64,000 nt of DNA from contig OZ176052.1 in the NCBI GenBank assembly GCA_964247055.1, forward strand, positions 11,160,001-11,224,000. Reading direction: 5' to 3'. This DNA comes from Paragordius varius (taxonomy: Eukaryota > Animalia > Nematomorpha). A model generated the notes under the pieces. That model saw nothing but the letters and a program-made list of their open reading frames with translations. It did not search any database and had not been told where the DNA came from. The translations under genes and the position numbers were made by a program. Below, in pieces: positions 1 through 11,900 of this stretch (position 1 is its first letter; every line of letters starts with the position of its first letter).

Positions 1-54
1 TAATTTATATAAGTTTATGTGATATATTTTAATTTTATTATGCATATATGGTAG

Positions 55-141
55 TGTGGAGAAAAGGGACATTTTGCTAATCGATGTCCACAACTCAATG
101 ACGAATTCCATAATTCCAATCGAAGACACGAAATATCCTAA
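55..141 (+). CDS. CPSF4: Terminal exon of a CCHC zinc-knuckle protein, most likely CPSF4/CPSF30 (rest of gene upstream of window)
   Basis: AG acceptor at 53-54, then TGT GGA GAA AAG GGA CAT TTT GCT AAT CGA TGT CCA = CGEKGHFANRCPQLNDEFHNSNRRHEIS*. This closely matches the CPSF4 C-terminal knuckle (CYK|CGEKGHYANRC) as I recall it. Only half the knuckle is in this exon. Confidence 0.55.
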   Translation, partial: CGEKGHFANRCPQLNDEFHNSNRRHEIS

Positions 142-619
142 TATTATAACGCTTTACATAATAATAATCAAAAATATTACAATGGATGTCCTAAATATAA
201 CTATTATTCTTATTCGCCGGGTTGCATAAAAAAACTGATGCATATAAGTATAAAATTATGTTGATATACAAACATAATAAACAAATTGATGTAAAGGAAC
301 ATTATAAACTTATAACACTAATGCAGTTTTTCTGCGTCGCGATTTAAAAAAAATATTTATTAAATTTATCTCTTTATGGATCCTAGTTATAATTTTTTTA
401 ATCGATAGTTTTGTACGATTTTACATCTTTCTGTATAGTACACATTGCTTTAAAATTTTTTTCTAAAAAAAGTATTAATGTAAGTTCCTTATATTAAAGA
501 AATGTTAGGACATTGAAAATGTACGAAAAACAAAATGAAAGAATTCTTAAGTGGTGGCAAAAACGATATTGATGTCTTTTTGTTTATATGGGTAAATACT
601 AGCTGTAGTGAAGTATTTT

Positions 620-1570
620 TTGGTAAAAAAAACTTTTGAAGGATTAATTTTTTATTTTATTTAGCATATTGTCCATTGGCTAGGTAATTCGCCATACCAG
701 AAAAATTCATTGTCTTTTTTGACAAACCACTTAAGCCATTTTCTCTTCTTTATTAAACCGCTGCTCTGCGAGGATATGCACCATGATGCAAAGTGGTACT
801 AATCAGATCTCGCAAGTCAGGAGAGAACCGCAGATGTGGGAAAATCTTCATCGTAGCGATTTTATAGTTTCTTTGTTTTGCTGTATGAGACGGAGCATTG
901 CCATCTAGTAAAATATATTGCTGTCTTCTGGCCTTTTCCGGTCTTTCAATTAATGCATTGTTTGATTAGACCGTTGTGTATTAACGGTTTCATTATCCTC
1001 AAAGTTGATAAGAGATAACTCAGATCCATCAAACTTAGAATGTGGTATTGTTGCCGAGCGATTTAGCATTTTAAAAACCAGTTTAGCAAGGTGAAAGCCA
1101 CCATTTTTCACTTTCAATTTGCAAAATAAGCCACTTCTCATCACCCATTACAATGCTATGCATAACCTCGTTACGTTTTAGAGGAATTCGAAAGTCACTT
1201 TAAAATTTTCGGTTTGAACTTCATTCTAATTAGTGACACCATTTACCGAGCTTATTGATCCTTTCCATTACTCGTCTACTGATTTTCTGATTTAATGCTT
1301 CTCCAATTACACAAGTTTGAGTTGGCAATAAATCTGGCATCTTATTGTCTTTCGCGGCTGTGAGGCTAACCAGAGAACCCTCTCTCCTTCATATTGAAAT
1401 TACAACTTTTAAATTTCACACAGTCAATGAATCAAGTTCACCCTATGTATCTACTAGCAAACGACTACTTTCAACAGCCTTTTTCTTCTGTTAAGAAAAG
1501 CAATGCGTGTTGTAAAGGTTCTTTTTCAGGCACAATTATGATTACTAAATGATAAAAATGAGACGCTAGT
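620..1570 (-). mobile_element. Degenerate Mos1-like mariner transposase relic
   Basis: Minus-strand fragments in Mos1 order: VPEKEPLQHALLF, KKAVESSRLLVDT, HSIVMGDEKWL (first catalytic D motif), ETVNTQR, LLDGNAPSHTAK, PHLRFSPDL (YSPDL-like), WFVKKDNEFFWYG. Many stops and frameshifts; TIRs not recognised. Confidence 0.85.
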
Positions 1571-2040
1571 TTTTGGCCTCAACTTAGTGTGTTTGTCATT
1601 TAATGTCTGAACAAAATGGCGTCTGTGTCAAATTAATCGACTACGTACTTTTCCCAGATGTGTTCATAGTAAAACCGGTTACTTATGATTACACTTGGTA
1701 TATTAAGATTACTTATGCATATCTGTAAGTTATGAGAGAGGATTTTTGTATGGAAAAAATCTTTTTGATCTTTTGGCTTTTGTATTTCATGTTTGCGTTA
1801 AATGTGCTTTAAAATAAGAAAATTGCAATCATTATTATATGCATATCTAAAATGTTTCAGTTACGCCTGCCCACTGTGTTTTTTGAGAAAGAAGCTTTCA
1901 ATTTCTTTAATTTTCACAATTGTTTAAAAAATCTTTGAATCAATCATAGAGTTAAATTACCCTTTATATACGGCTGTCAAAAATAACTATTGTTTTGCAG
2001 ATTTTCTTGAAATCCCTAATTATATTAATTACGATTTTAA

Positions 2041-2546
2041 CACTTCGATTCAAATTGGGGTATCTAAATAACTCAGACTAAATTTGAGTTAGGATTTTTA
2101 AAAAACTACTGAAGGAAACGGTCAATGCTTCTATCCTAATAAAAATTATTTAAATATGCCAAAATTTCTAAATAAAATTTTGTTTTGAAAAAAAAGTTCC
2201 ATGTCAAACTGCTTCGACGCCATTTTTATTTTACAAAATTTTTGCAAAATATCGTCTTCATTTGATTTTAAGGGTAAAATTAAAGCTAATTTTTTATTTA
2301 AATTACATTTAACATTGATAGTAGAAAAAGCTGTTTATTTTATATTATTTTTCAATTTTACCAGTGCACATATGTCACGTTGACCAAATTTTTACCTTTC
2401 GGTTTTGGCTTAAAATAAGTAATATCAAGTATTTTTGAATAAATTTTTTTATATATTTCGGTTTCCATATTTTTTAAACAGGCCTGGGGTATTTAACTAC
2501 CCCAATTTGAATCGAATGACTAAAATGAATGTGTTGTATCCAAGTG
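2041..2546 (+). mobile_element. TTAA-flanked MITE (piggyBac-like), copy A
   Basis: TTAA at 2037-2040 and 2547-2550. Ends are CACTT...AAGTG with an internal inverted repeat (CGATTCAAATTGGGG). Homologous to 18863-19380 and 19675-20242. Confidence 0.8.
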
Positions 2547-2649
2547 TTAATCAATTAAATTTTTTTAGTGCTTGGATGTAAATTGTAAGGTTTAGTTAAA
2601 ATACTTCTTATAAAAATGGGTACAAAATTCCCCAAGATTTAAATTTCGA

Positions 2650-3050
2650 TTTCTATATATTTATAAAAATGGAAAAAACTGGTCCGGAAAACCGGTAGAC
2701 CCATTCGAATCCAAATGTCGAAAAATTGTAATCATTAATGAATGCCCCGACAATAGATTGGCCCTTTTTTTGAATTAGGCCCCAGTTCGGGTCCACCCCG
2801 TTTTAAAATATTGTTTTTTTCGAAAACAGGTCCACAAAAATTGTGTCTTTGAGACAATCCGGAAAACGTGTTGGACTATTCGATTTCAAATATAATTTTT
2901 TTATTTTTTTCGATTGCGCCGAACTTAGTCGGCTCGCTTTTTAACTTAGCCCCACTTTTACCCGCTACCCCCGTAAAATGCCTTTTTTTTATAAAAAAAA
3001 ACAACAAAAATAATTTTATTTTTCGCCCAATATATGAGACCGTAAAATTT
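2650..3050. repeat. Dispersed repeat block
   Basis: Reverse complement matches 51290-51650 (e.g. AATGCCCCGACAATAG, AATTAGGCCCC, GATTGCGCCGAAC). A more diverged relative appears near 29100-29560. Confidence 0.75.
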
Positions 3051-4520
3051 CAATAAGGATTTCAGGTATTTTCTGTTTAAATGCAAAAATTTTAGTTGTG
3101 CGTTTTTTTATATTGGCTGCTGGGTAAACAGATACCCGCTAAAAACTCTCCCGTCATATCGAAATAGTTTTTTGGCTAAATTTCAGAAAACCTATCAGGC
3201 CATATGAATACTATACTTAAATATTAACCGTAACAAGGTAAAATTTAAGTCGAGCGTTTTTTTTAAACCGTTAATTAGGCTCTTTTACGCCCCCAAAAAT
3301 GCGCTATAATTGAACTATTATTTAGTTTTGAAGCCATTCTTCTAAAAACTATTAGGAACATATGGAATAAATAATGATTCCAGGTATTCCGCTATAAAGA
3401 CAAATTTTTTTATCAAACGTCTTTTTTATATTGGCCTCTGGGTAGGGGACTACCCGCTACAACTGCGCCACCATATCGATACAGCATGACTTTGGAGTTA
3501 GAAAACATATCAGGCCATACGAGTTGAATATGGGCTTGAATATTACCCGTAAAAAGGCAAAAATTTAAGTAGAACGGTTTAATTAAATTACCCCTTATTT
3601 AGGCCCTTCGCGCCCTAAAAAATGCGCCACCAAAGAATGACTTTTTGGTTAAGCAATTTTTTGAAAATGCCACGAGCATATGGAAGCAATCATGATTCCA
3701 ATTATTACCCGAATCGAGGCAAAAATTTTGATCGAGCGTTTTTTGCCCCTGGTTAGGGGGCGACCCGCCTAAAACTGCGTCACCATATCGATACAGCATG
3801 CCTTTTGAGCCAAATTTCATAAAACCTATGAGACTATGTGAGTTTCAATAATGGCCTAAAGTATTTACCCCTAAAAAAACAAATATTTTAGTATAGGGGG
3901 TTATTTTAATGGGTTGCTAAGTAAAATTAACGCCCTGAGAAATGCGCTAAAACAATTTTTTAGTTTTGAAGCAATATTTTCAAGACCTTATAGAAACATA
4001 TGGCATCCATGATAATTCCAGATATTCCTTCCCTATATAAAGGGAAAAATTTTGCTTAACGCTTTTTTATACCTGGCCCTGGGTAAGGCACCCGCCAAAA
4101 ACTGCGCCAATATATAGAAATTGCGTTGTTTTGGATAGCTAATTTTCACAAAATTTATGTAGCCATATGAGCCCATTAAAAGCTTGAAATATAACCCGTA
4201 ACTAGGTAAAAATTAAGGTCAGGGTTTTTTTATTAGCCGTTAGTTTGGAACCTTTATGCCCTAAAAATACGCCATAATATAATGATTATTTAGTGTTGAG
4301 GTATTTTTTCGAATAACCCATGAGGCGGTATCAAAGATGATTCCAAATATTTGCTTTATAAAGGCAAAGAATTTAACTCAGCGCTTTTTCCATATAGATC
4401 TATGGGTAGGGGTCTACCGGTTTAAAACTGAGACGCCATACAAAAAGCTAACAAAAAACCTAAGAAGCCATACGAGTTCATTATTTAAATATTACCCATA
4501 AAAAGGTAAAAATAGTTTTG
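3050..4520. repeat. Diverged tandem array, ~320-bp unit, about 5 copies
   Basis: The anchor (C)TGGGTA...ACCCGC.AAAACTGCG.CA.CATATCGATACAGCATG recurs near 3120, 3438, 3749, 4079 and 4402 (spacing 311-330 nt). An inverted fragment occurs at 51880-51960. Confidence 0.8.
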
Positions 4521-5469
4521 AAAATTCTATGAAGCACCGTTTAGAAAATTCTATGAGATCATAACTATTAAATAATGTTTCAAAATAATTTTTAAAAATG
4601 GATAACATTTTTTTTATCCCTATTTTTAATTATCAGATTCGCAGGCTCCAATCCAATTGTGTGTAAGCCATATATAGCTACTTCATAAGGACAAATTATA
4701 CTCATTAAAGGGATCAACTGCATCACACGTTATGCATCAATATATATATAGGATTTTACAAATGTGTGTAAGTCAAACTAAGGACAAAATTATATATGTC
4801 TTTTTTATTATTTATATACTAGATGTCAAAAATAATGCTTTTTTGCACGTTTCACCCAATAATATCGCTTATGTTTTTTTATACTAAGATCACTGCTGAA
4901 TAAATATTTTTTTAACATTGTTTAAATTTGGCGTGCTTGGGGCTTATATACCCTTAAACCCACTCAACAATATGTTTTTGAGGCTATACGCTAGTACTAT
5001 ATAACGAGGACCACGGATGGAGACAATTCCTTATACAATTAAAATGTAGTTATTTTAATTTAAATAATTGAATATTTTTGCCACATCATTCATAAAAGCG
5101 ATTTGCAGCTGTTACAACACCTATCGATAGTACAGGTGTTAAAAAGTAGAGTTTTAACTGTTTATAAATGGAATTTGTAAAATTAATTTACAAAATTATA
5201 TTTATTGAAAATAAATAATATAATACAATCAAAACATTAATTAATCATACATTTTTTGGCACAAAGAATAATTGTTATTTAAATTAATAATTTTTCTTTT
5301 TTTGAGATATGGGTAGTATCTGATATATGTGTGTTTTGGAAGCACTGTTTAAAATACTTAATTGCATATATTAATTGTGTATACTTAATCGACCCCAACA
5401 ATTTTTCTAAGAAACCTCATAATACTATAATTTAGCCTCTAAGTTCGATTAAAAACATATTAAATAATA

Positions 5470-8099
5470 TCAATTATTTTTCAGCATTGGAATGGTTTCT
5501 GTACTCCCGCCTACATCATCAAGGCGATATATGTATGATGGAGTGTGTGTTATATATTCATCGCTGAGACCTACATTGCTATCAGTATCGCTACTTATCT
5601 CTGGAACTGATAATTTTTTTGAACCTATTAATAAAGAAGGCGGTTTTAGTGATGCATCATTTTTATCTTTTGTTTGGTGATTGGCTCCTTTTTCATTTAC
5701 TTTTGTGTCTGGTAATGATAATGCTTGTGAGCCATTTAGTTTATCGTTTGAGATTTTGTCATTTTGATCAATATCTTCTACATTCGATGAATCTAATAAA
5801 ATATGCATGTTTAGTACCGGCTTTTGATAACAGGATAACATTTTTTAAGGTTATGAGTAATATAGTTAACTAATCATTGCGACAATTTTAAAAATAATTG
5901 CATAAAAAACCTATGTAATCTAATATTATAACATTTGTGCAAGTTGATTATATTGATTCGGTAATTAATCTAGCTTAGGTATGAAACAACAAACATACTT
6001 TTGTTATATATAATAAATTAATACCTTGATCACTGGTAACGGATATCCGATCGGCATTTGAATTGTTGGCATTATTTTCGCCATAAAAAACGGGTTCGTA
6101 CAAAAAGGAGGCCTTATGAAAGTCAATAGCCCCAAAAAAGCGAATCATAAGGATAATTGTATTGCTCATCCAGAAAAGCGATGTTACCCAACAAGATGCC
6201 TAATTTACGTATGACAATTTTTATATTAATTGTTTATGCAACAAGAAATGAATACTTAGAAACAAAAGCGGTAATTAATATAGAAACCGTTTAAAAATTA
6301 TTCTAACTGATAAATTGACAACATATTGGATAATAACTCACAAATTAAAAAAGTTATGTGGTCCAAAAATTTAAATTAAAATAAATTTTAAATGTGCCTC
6401 TCTCCCTGTGCCTTATTTCCTCGTTATAAAATGGCACAAACAGAATCAAAAACGCAATAAAAATCTACCATAAATTTGTAATATAAATCCAATCATCATG
6501 TTAAGGTTACAAAATATATTACCTCTGCGATTCCCAAGAAATTATAAAAAGCTCCTGTTCGTTTTGCATTCATGATATGTTTTTGGTTATTGACCCAAAT
6601 ATAATTACGCGTTTCTTCACACCTAAACATACAAATATACATTTTCAAAAATTCATACAAATTATAAATCATTATGTATAAAAATTGTGATATAATATAA
6701 AAGTAGGCAAATACTAAAAAATCCTTATATTAACACTACTTGTGTCTTCTTAGAGTCTCTCCATCTCTTTATGCCAAAAATCAATAAGTCTGTCAATGTG
6801 ACACATTAATATTAATTAAAATAAACTAAAATCCATACTATACAGTATATACGATAAAGACATAAATGTAAAAATAAGGAGATAAAAAAGATAAACCTTA
6901 GGGGACCCTCAGTATCTATTCCATTGCACCAAAGACTGACGCCTTTTGTAATAATCCAAGTGGAAACGACTGTAAGTAGGCACATTATAAAACTTAAAAC
7001 TAGCGCTGGTAACACCAAACGTGAGGGATGTTCAAGCCTAGAGAATAAGCAAATAGATAAGTATATATATTTATGTACTTAAAATTAATGCTAATACAAA
7101 TTATCAAAAAGTATTAAAATTTAATCATAGGAAAACAAATATTTACATGGAATATTGCTGTTTCCCAACTTGGCACAGTGAGAAAAACATGCAACACAGG
7201 AAGGCAGAAAATAAGGAAGCCACACCCGTGTAAAGGCAATAATCGCAAATGCAAATAGGACCCCAGGAGGAATATATATAATCAATGGAAGCAATCTGAA
7301 CCAAATTATTTTCCTGGTATGTGACTGGTGGCGAATAGTAGTCTGTAATATTTATGGGGTAAAAATCGGTTTGACTAATATTATTATTACTCTGAGATGC
7401 ATTGTTTGTTAAATTTAAATTGACACTAGTCACATTTGGCTCATTGTGGACATAGTATGAGGCAGTTGGACCAAAAAAATTTCCATCAATCTTAAGTCTT
7501 TTCCGATCTTTAAAACTGGTGTAATTCTTTGATTTCAACACCGACAGGGGAATTCTTTTATAAAACTGTGATGTATCAAATGATGAAATAGCTGAATTAT
7601 TCAAGTCATAATTCGAATGTTTGTACAAAGGATTAGGCCCGCCGAAAATACTATGAAACTCTAAGATATCTTCATCAGATATGTTGTACACTTCGTGTTC
7701 AGGTACTGCGCCATGCACCGTATATTTGAGGGTGGAAAATAAGATACAAAATCCATTAAAATCATTCTGTGCAGCGCCCAGAGATACGACCCACACCATT
7801 GAACCAATGATTGAAGTGAAATACAGTAAAACAGGTAACGTTCTCCAGATTTTGGGTAATTCCTTTGGCTGTAAATCATAATCGGCAAAAACGGTAGCTC
7901 TTTGATTGGCCGTTTGATTGATCCAATCCTTGTAAAAATCCAAATCTTTCGTCAAATCCGCCGTGAATTTCGTGGCATCGCTGATCGCGATTGGAGCAAA
8001 TGAAGAATCAGGCTTAGTGCTGGCGTTAGATGGAGTTGAAGAGGGTATAAATGATTCAATAGTGTTTATGCTGTAATTACTATTCTTTTCTTTGTCCAT
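5470..8099 (-). CDS. TMEM179: TMEM179-family membrane protein, 5 exons, with long N-terminal, loop and C-terminal extensions
   Basis: Family motifs in order: QNDFNGFCILFS, WGPICICDYCLYTGVASL..FFSLC, ITKGVSLWCNGI, CEETRN..GAFYNFLGIAE, ASCWVTSLFWMSNTIILMIRFFG. GT-AG junctions join ORFs 7143-8099, 6812-7018, an exon near 6530-6626, 5975-6200 and 5470-5790 in frame. Confidence 0.8.
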
Positions 8100-8924
8100 T
8101 ATGTCGCGTGTGTCATTTACTACTGTGTATTAATTGTTTCGACGAAGAATAAATATATATGGTTATTATGTAAAATTGGTTTGTTGAAGTTAATGTATTC
8201 AAATTTGATGTTAAACAAAAAGCGTGTAAATGTTTTTACGCTAAAGTTTAACTATAAGGCAAAACAAGGTAGGTGCGCGCGTACAAAAAACTATATGTAA
8301 ACGGAAGAAAGATAACAAAAATCATAATAATAAATTTTGACAATATTGCTTAAAGCAGAAAAAAACGGTAGAAAAACATTGTTTAATATGCTAAGTTTTT
8401 TTAATATTATTATTATAACATAAAAATTAATATTGCAAAATATATATCATCAATGATATATAATATATAATTATTTTCGTTATAAACTACGCTAAATTTA
8501 CGTGTGTTATGACGCACCAAACCTCTTTAACTATGAAAATTAATAATACATATATAACTTTGTATAAGTATTTGAATAAATGTTAAATAATGATATCTTC
8601 TCTAAATATTTTATCATATTTATATAATATGAATGGAATTAGCGTTTGCTTTTCAATCACAACTTTTTTCATACAAAATTGTTAATATTATTCATTTATA
8701 TATATTGAAAACACATAAAAACCAATAAATATTATAAATTTTAGCGGAATAGAATCAAAGTATTGATCGATAAAAGTTATTGTAATATTTATTTATTGTT
8801 TTTTACAAAAAGTTTACAACAATCTAAAAGTATTAATGATAAAATTTAATTTTTACAATTAATCAAAGATCCAAAACCATTTATATCCAATAGTTATTTG
8901 AAAATAGCATTAGCGTATTTTTTA

Positions 8925-11900
8925 TCATACAGAAAATTCTTTTGTAAAAAAATAACCAAACATCATTCTTTGTGACAAAAATTGTAAATATAAAAAATCC
9001 ATTAGCATAATGAATAGGCTAAAATTATTAGCACAAAGTTGTAAATTACCTTGAATAAGAATGCACATTAATACCATCCTAAATACATTTTTATTCCGAT
9101 TATACATAGCACTTACTTGCCTCTTGCAAATTACCTAATAATAAAGGGAAAAAACTAATTCTGTTTTTAACACTTTGTTTTTCAAGCCATAAATATTCAA
9201 GAGGCTGGCTGAAACAAGGTCATATCTATTCCAAAACTAAAAAAAGGAATGGAAGAGAGATAAATCATCTCAAACATATTTTAAAGCATTCAAACAAGGT
9301 ATAATTAGTAGAATGACAGTTACACCATACCAAAATGTTTAAATCAGGAGAATTAAGTCATACTTTTACTGAAATTATAAGCTGAGATGGCATACCTTAA
9401 AATATATTTCATAAGCATAGATGCAATTTCAAAATACCTTTTAGGCTTTACCGCAGCATCAACAATGGTCTTTTTTAAATATTACTTAAAATATTATATT
9501 TTATCCAATACTCTTTCACTTCCGATAACAGAATACAAAATATTTATAAAAATATATAAATCACACACCTATTAGGAAATATTAAGGGATAGATTTATTT
9601 ATTGTGGGCAAATAACTTTGTTGTATTACATCAATAAATATGGATATAATTTTTATTAGTTTGGATACCACATTAATTTCTTCCAATGTTGCTGGTACAT
9701 TTAAAATTTGATCTAATTCGAGGGCCTTTGTTTCGGTCCGTAAAAGATCTCGAACTGATTCTAAACAATCTTTGACATTCAATGTCTCTTCTCTGTAACC
9801 CGCTATATTTAAAAGATAATATAGTTTTTTTTCAAATATATCATAAAAAAAGTTTTTAAATTAAGAATATGAGCAATGTGATAAAGAGGTGGTCTTAGAT
9901 CAGGGGTGTCCAACATGCAGTCCTTCAAAAATATTCCTACAGCTCGCGAAAAATTTCTATTTTCCTTAACAAATTTATTGAATAAATCTTATCGAAATTT
10001 GGCAATGAACTAGAAAACAATGTTGATATAAATAGTAGGTTTACACTCTTGTGTTTAAAATCTAATGAAATATTTGTTGATGTCCATATATTTTGCCACT
10101 GCGGTCCGCCATATTATTGTATCCGAAAATGCGGCCCGCGAAGCCATTTATATTGGAAACTTCTGTCTTAAATACATAAAAAATAAAGAACATTAACTAA
10201 GGATATTTGAAAACGCTCACATTCAAATGCACTTCCTAACAGTTTAAGTTCGATTCATAAAACAAATTGACAAACCTGTAATATTAATGGGTGATGTAGG
10301 GTCCAGTCGTTTAAGAGCAATTACAGTTTCTTTAAGCAAAGGGAGAAATGAGTAAACAATGGATGATTTGTAATATTGCACATATTTAATGTGTTTTCCT
10401 AACCCAAAAATAAATTAATATTTATGGTAATGTTAAATACAATTTATACTTTATGGCTCAAAAAGTTTAATACTTGAGCTAATTTTTAATAAAAATTATA
10501 TTAGCTAAATCGAAACCTCGATATGAAGATACAGGCAGGTTCAATAAGTCACTAATAAGGGATAAACGTATTGTTTCATTCATGAAGGCGTACAGAAAGT
10601 TTTGAGGTTCGGAAAAAATGATAGAATCCAGGTATAAATCCTTTGCCTATATATGAAATTAAAATATTTTTTAAACAATGCTTTAATATTTAAGGACCTT
10701 TTTAAATAATTATATCAATCTCATTCCTATTAAAAATAAATTACTTTATCGAAGTGACGTGTGGCCAATGAAATTGCGATTTGGTTAATCCCTTTTGCAA
10801 TATCTTTGTAATGTGGTAAAATTTTAATAGGTTCCTTAAAAATAAAATATTGATAAAAGACCATAAATATTATTTCAAATTATAGCATTGTGTAACAAAA
10901 AACGGAAATAATTTGATATATAAAAATTTAAAAGATTTTATTATATCTTGATTTTATGTTTTACCTTTTTGTGTGATGTAGGAGAATTGTAATCATTAGA
11001 GTTTGTATTTTGTAATTCTTGCTTTGCATATTTCATATATATCATGCCTAGCAATCTTTCAGCGAATGGATAAATGTTTTTGGTAATATGTGGATTTTTA
11101 TGTGCAGTCGAAGTTTGTAAATAAGAAAAAGCTATTTTGTGGAATCCCTGTATTTCTTTAATTTTATCCATACTCATAAAGTTGTCAATCTGTTTATCTA
11201 ACATTTAAAATATGTCAAATTAATTATCAGTTTGGGATATATTAAACATTATGTATTCTTACACTGTAATGCGTGTTATTAAAAGTTTAATTAGTCAACC
11301 GATTATATCCAATATTAGTTATTTAATATAAAATTTTTAAGATTTTATTTAAGTCAAGTATGGAAAATGCTGGCAAAAGTGTTTGCAAACGTTCATAGTG
11401 TATAATTAAATGTGACTTATATATCCAACCTAAAAACTTCATCTTATAACGTTAAATATAGGTTTAAATGAAAAGTATTAATAAATTTAAATTCCAAAGT
11501 AGTAAATATCTTAATGGCATCGAATAGTACAGAAAAAGTGATTTAATATTGTGGCGTACTTTTTACAATTCACGTGATGTAATGGCCCTTAAATACCCCT
11601 CGACAAAATGTTTCTAAATTTGATTTATCCAAAATTTAGTAGGGGTCAATGGTTCAAACAAAACAAACAAAAAATAATTTCAAAAAATTTGAATACAGGG
11701 AAAAAATCAAAACATAAATATCTTATATTTCGTTTGTTTAAAGATTAAAATAGAATTAATCACCTTTGGGTATTTGGAGAATAAGGTTACAAAAGTCTAA
11801 TCTACGCATGTGGAGCTTTGATTCTGCTATTTGTACGAATTCGTTATGCTGTTTAATTTCATCTAAAAAAAATAAAAAGTGAACATATAAAATTACCAAA

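Noticed and set aside
55-141. Retrotransposon gag zinc knuckle
   Set aside because: No flanking gag or pol sequence; it begins at an AG acceptor with half a knuckle, which fits a CPSF4 last exon better.
3050-4520. CRISPR-like or coding repeat (ORF 3599-3820)
   Set aside because: Units are ~320 bp and diverged throughout, with no repeat-spacer structure; the ORF is not conserved between units.
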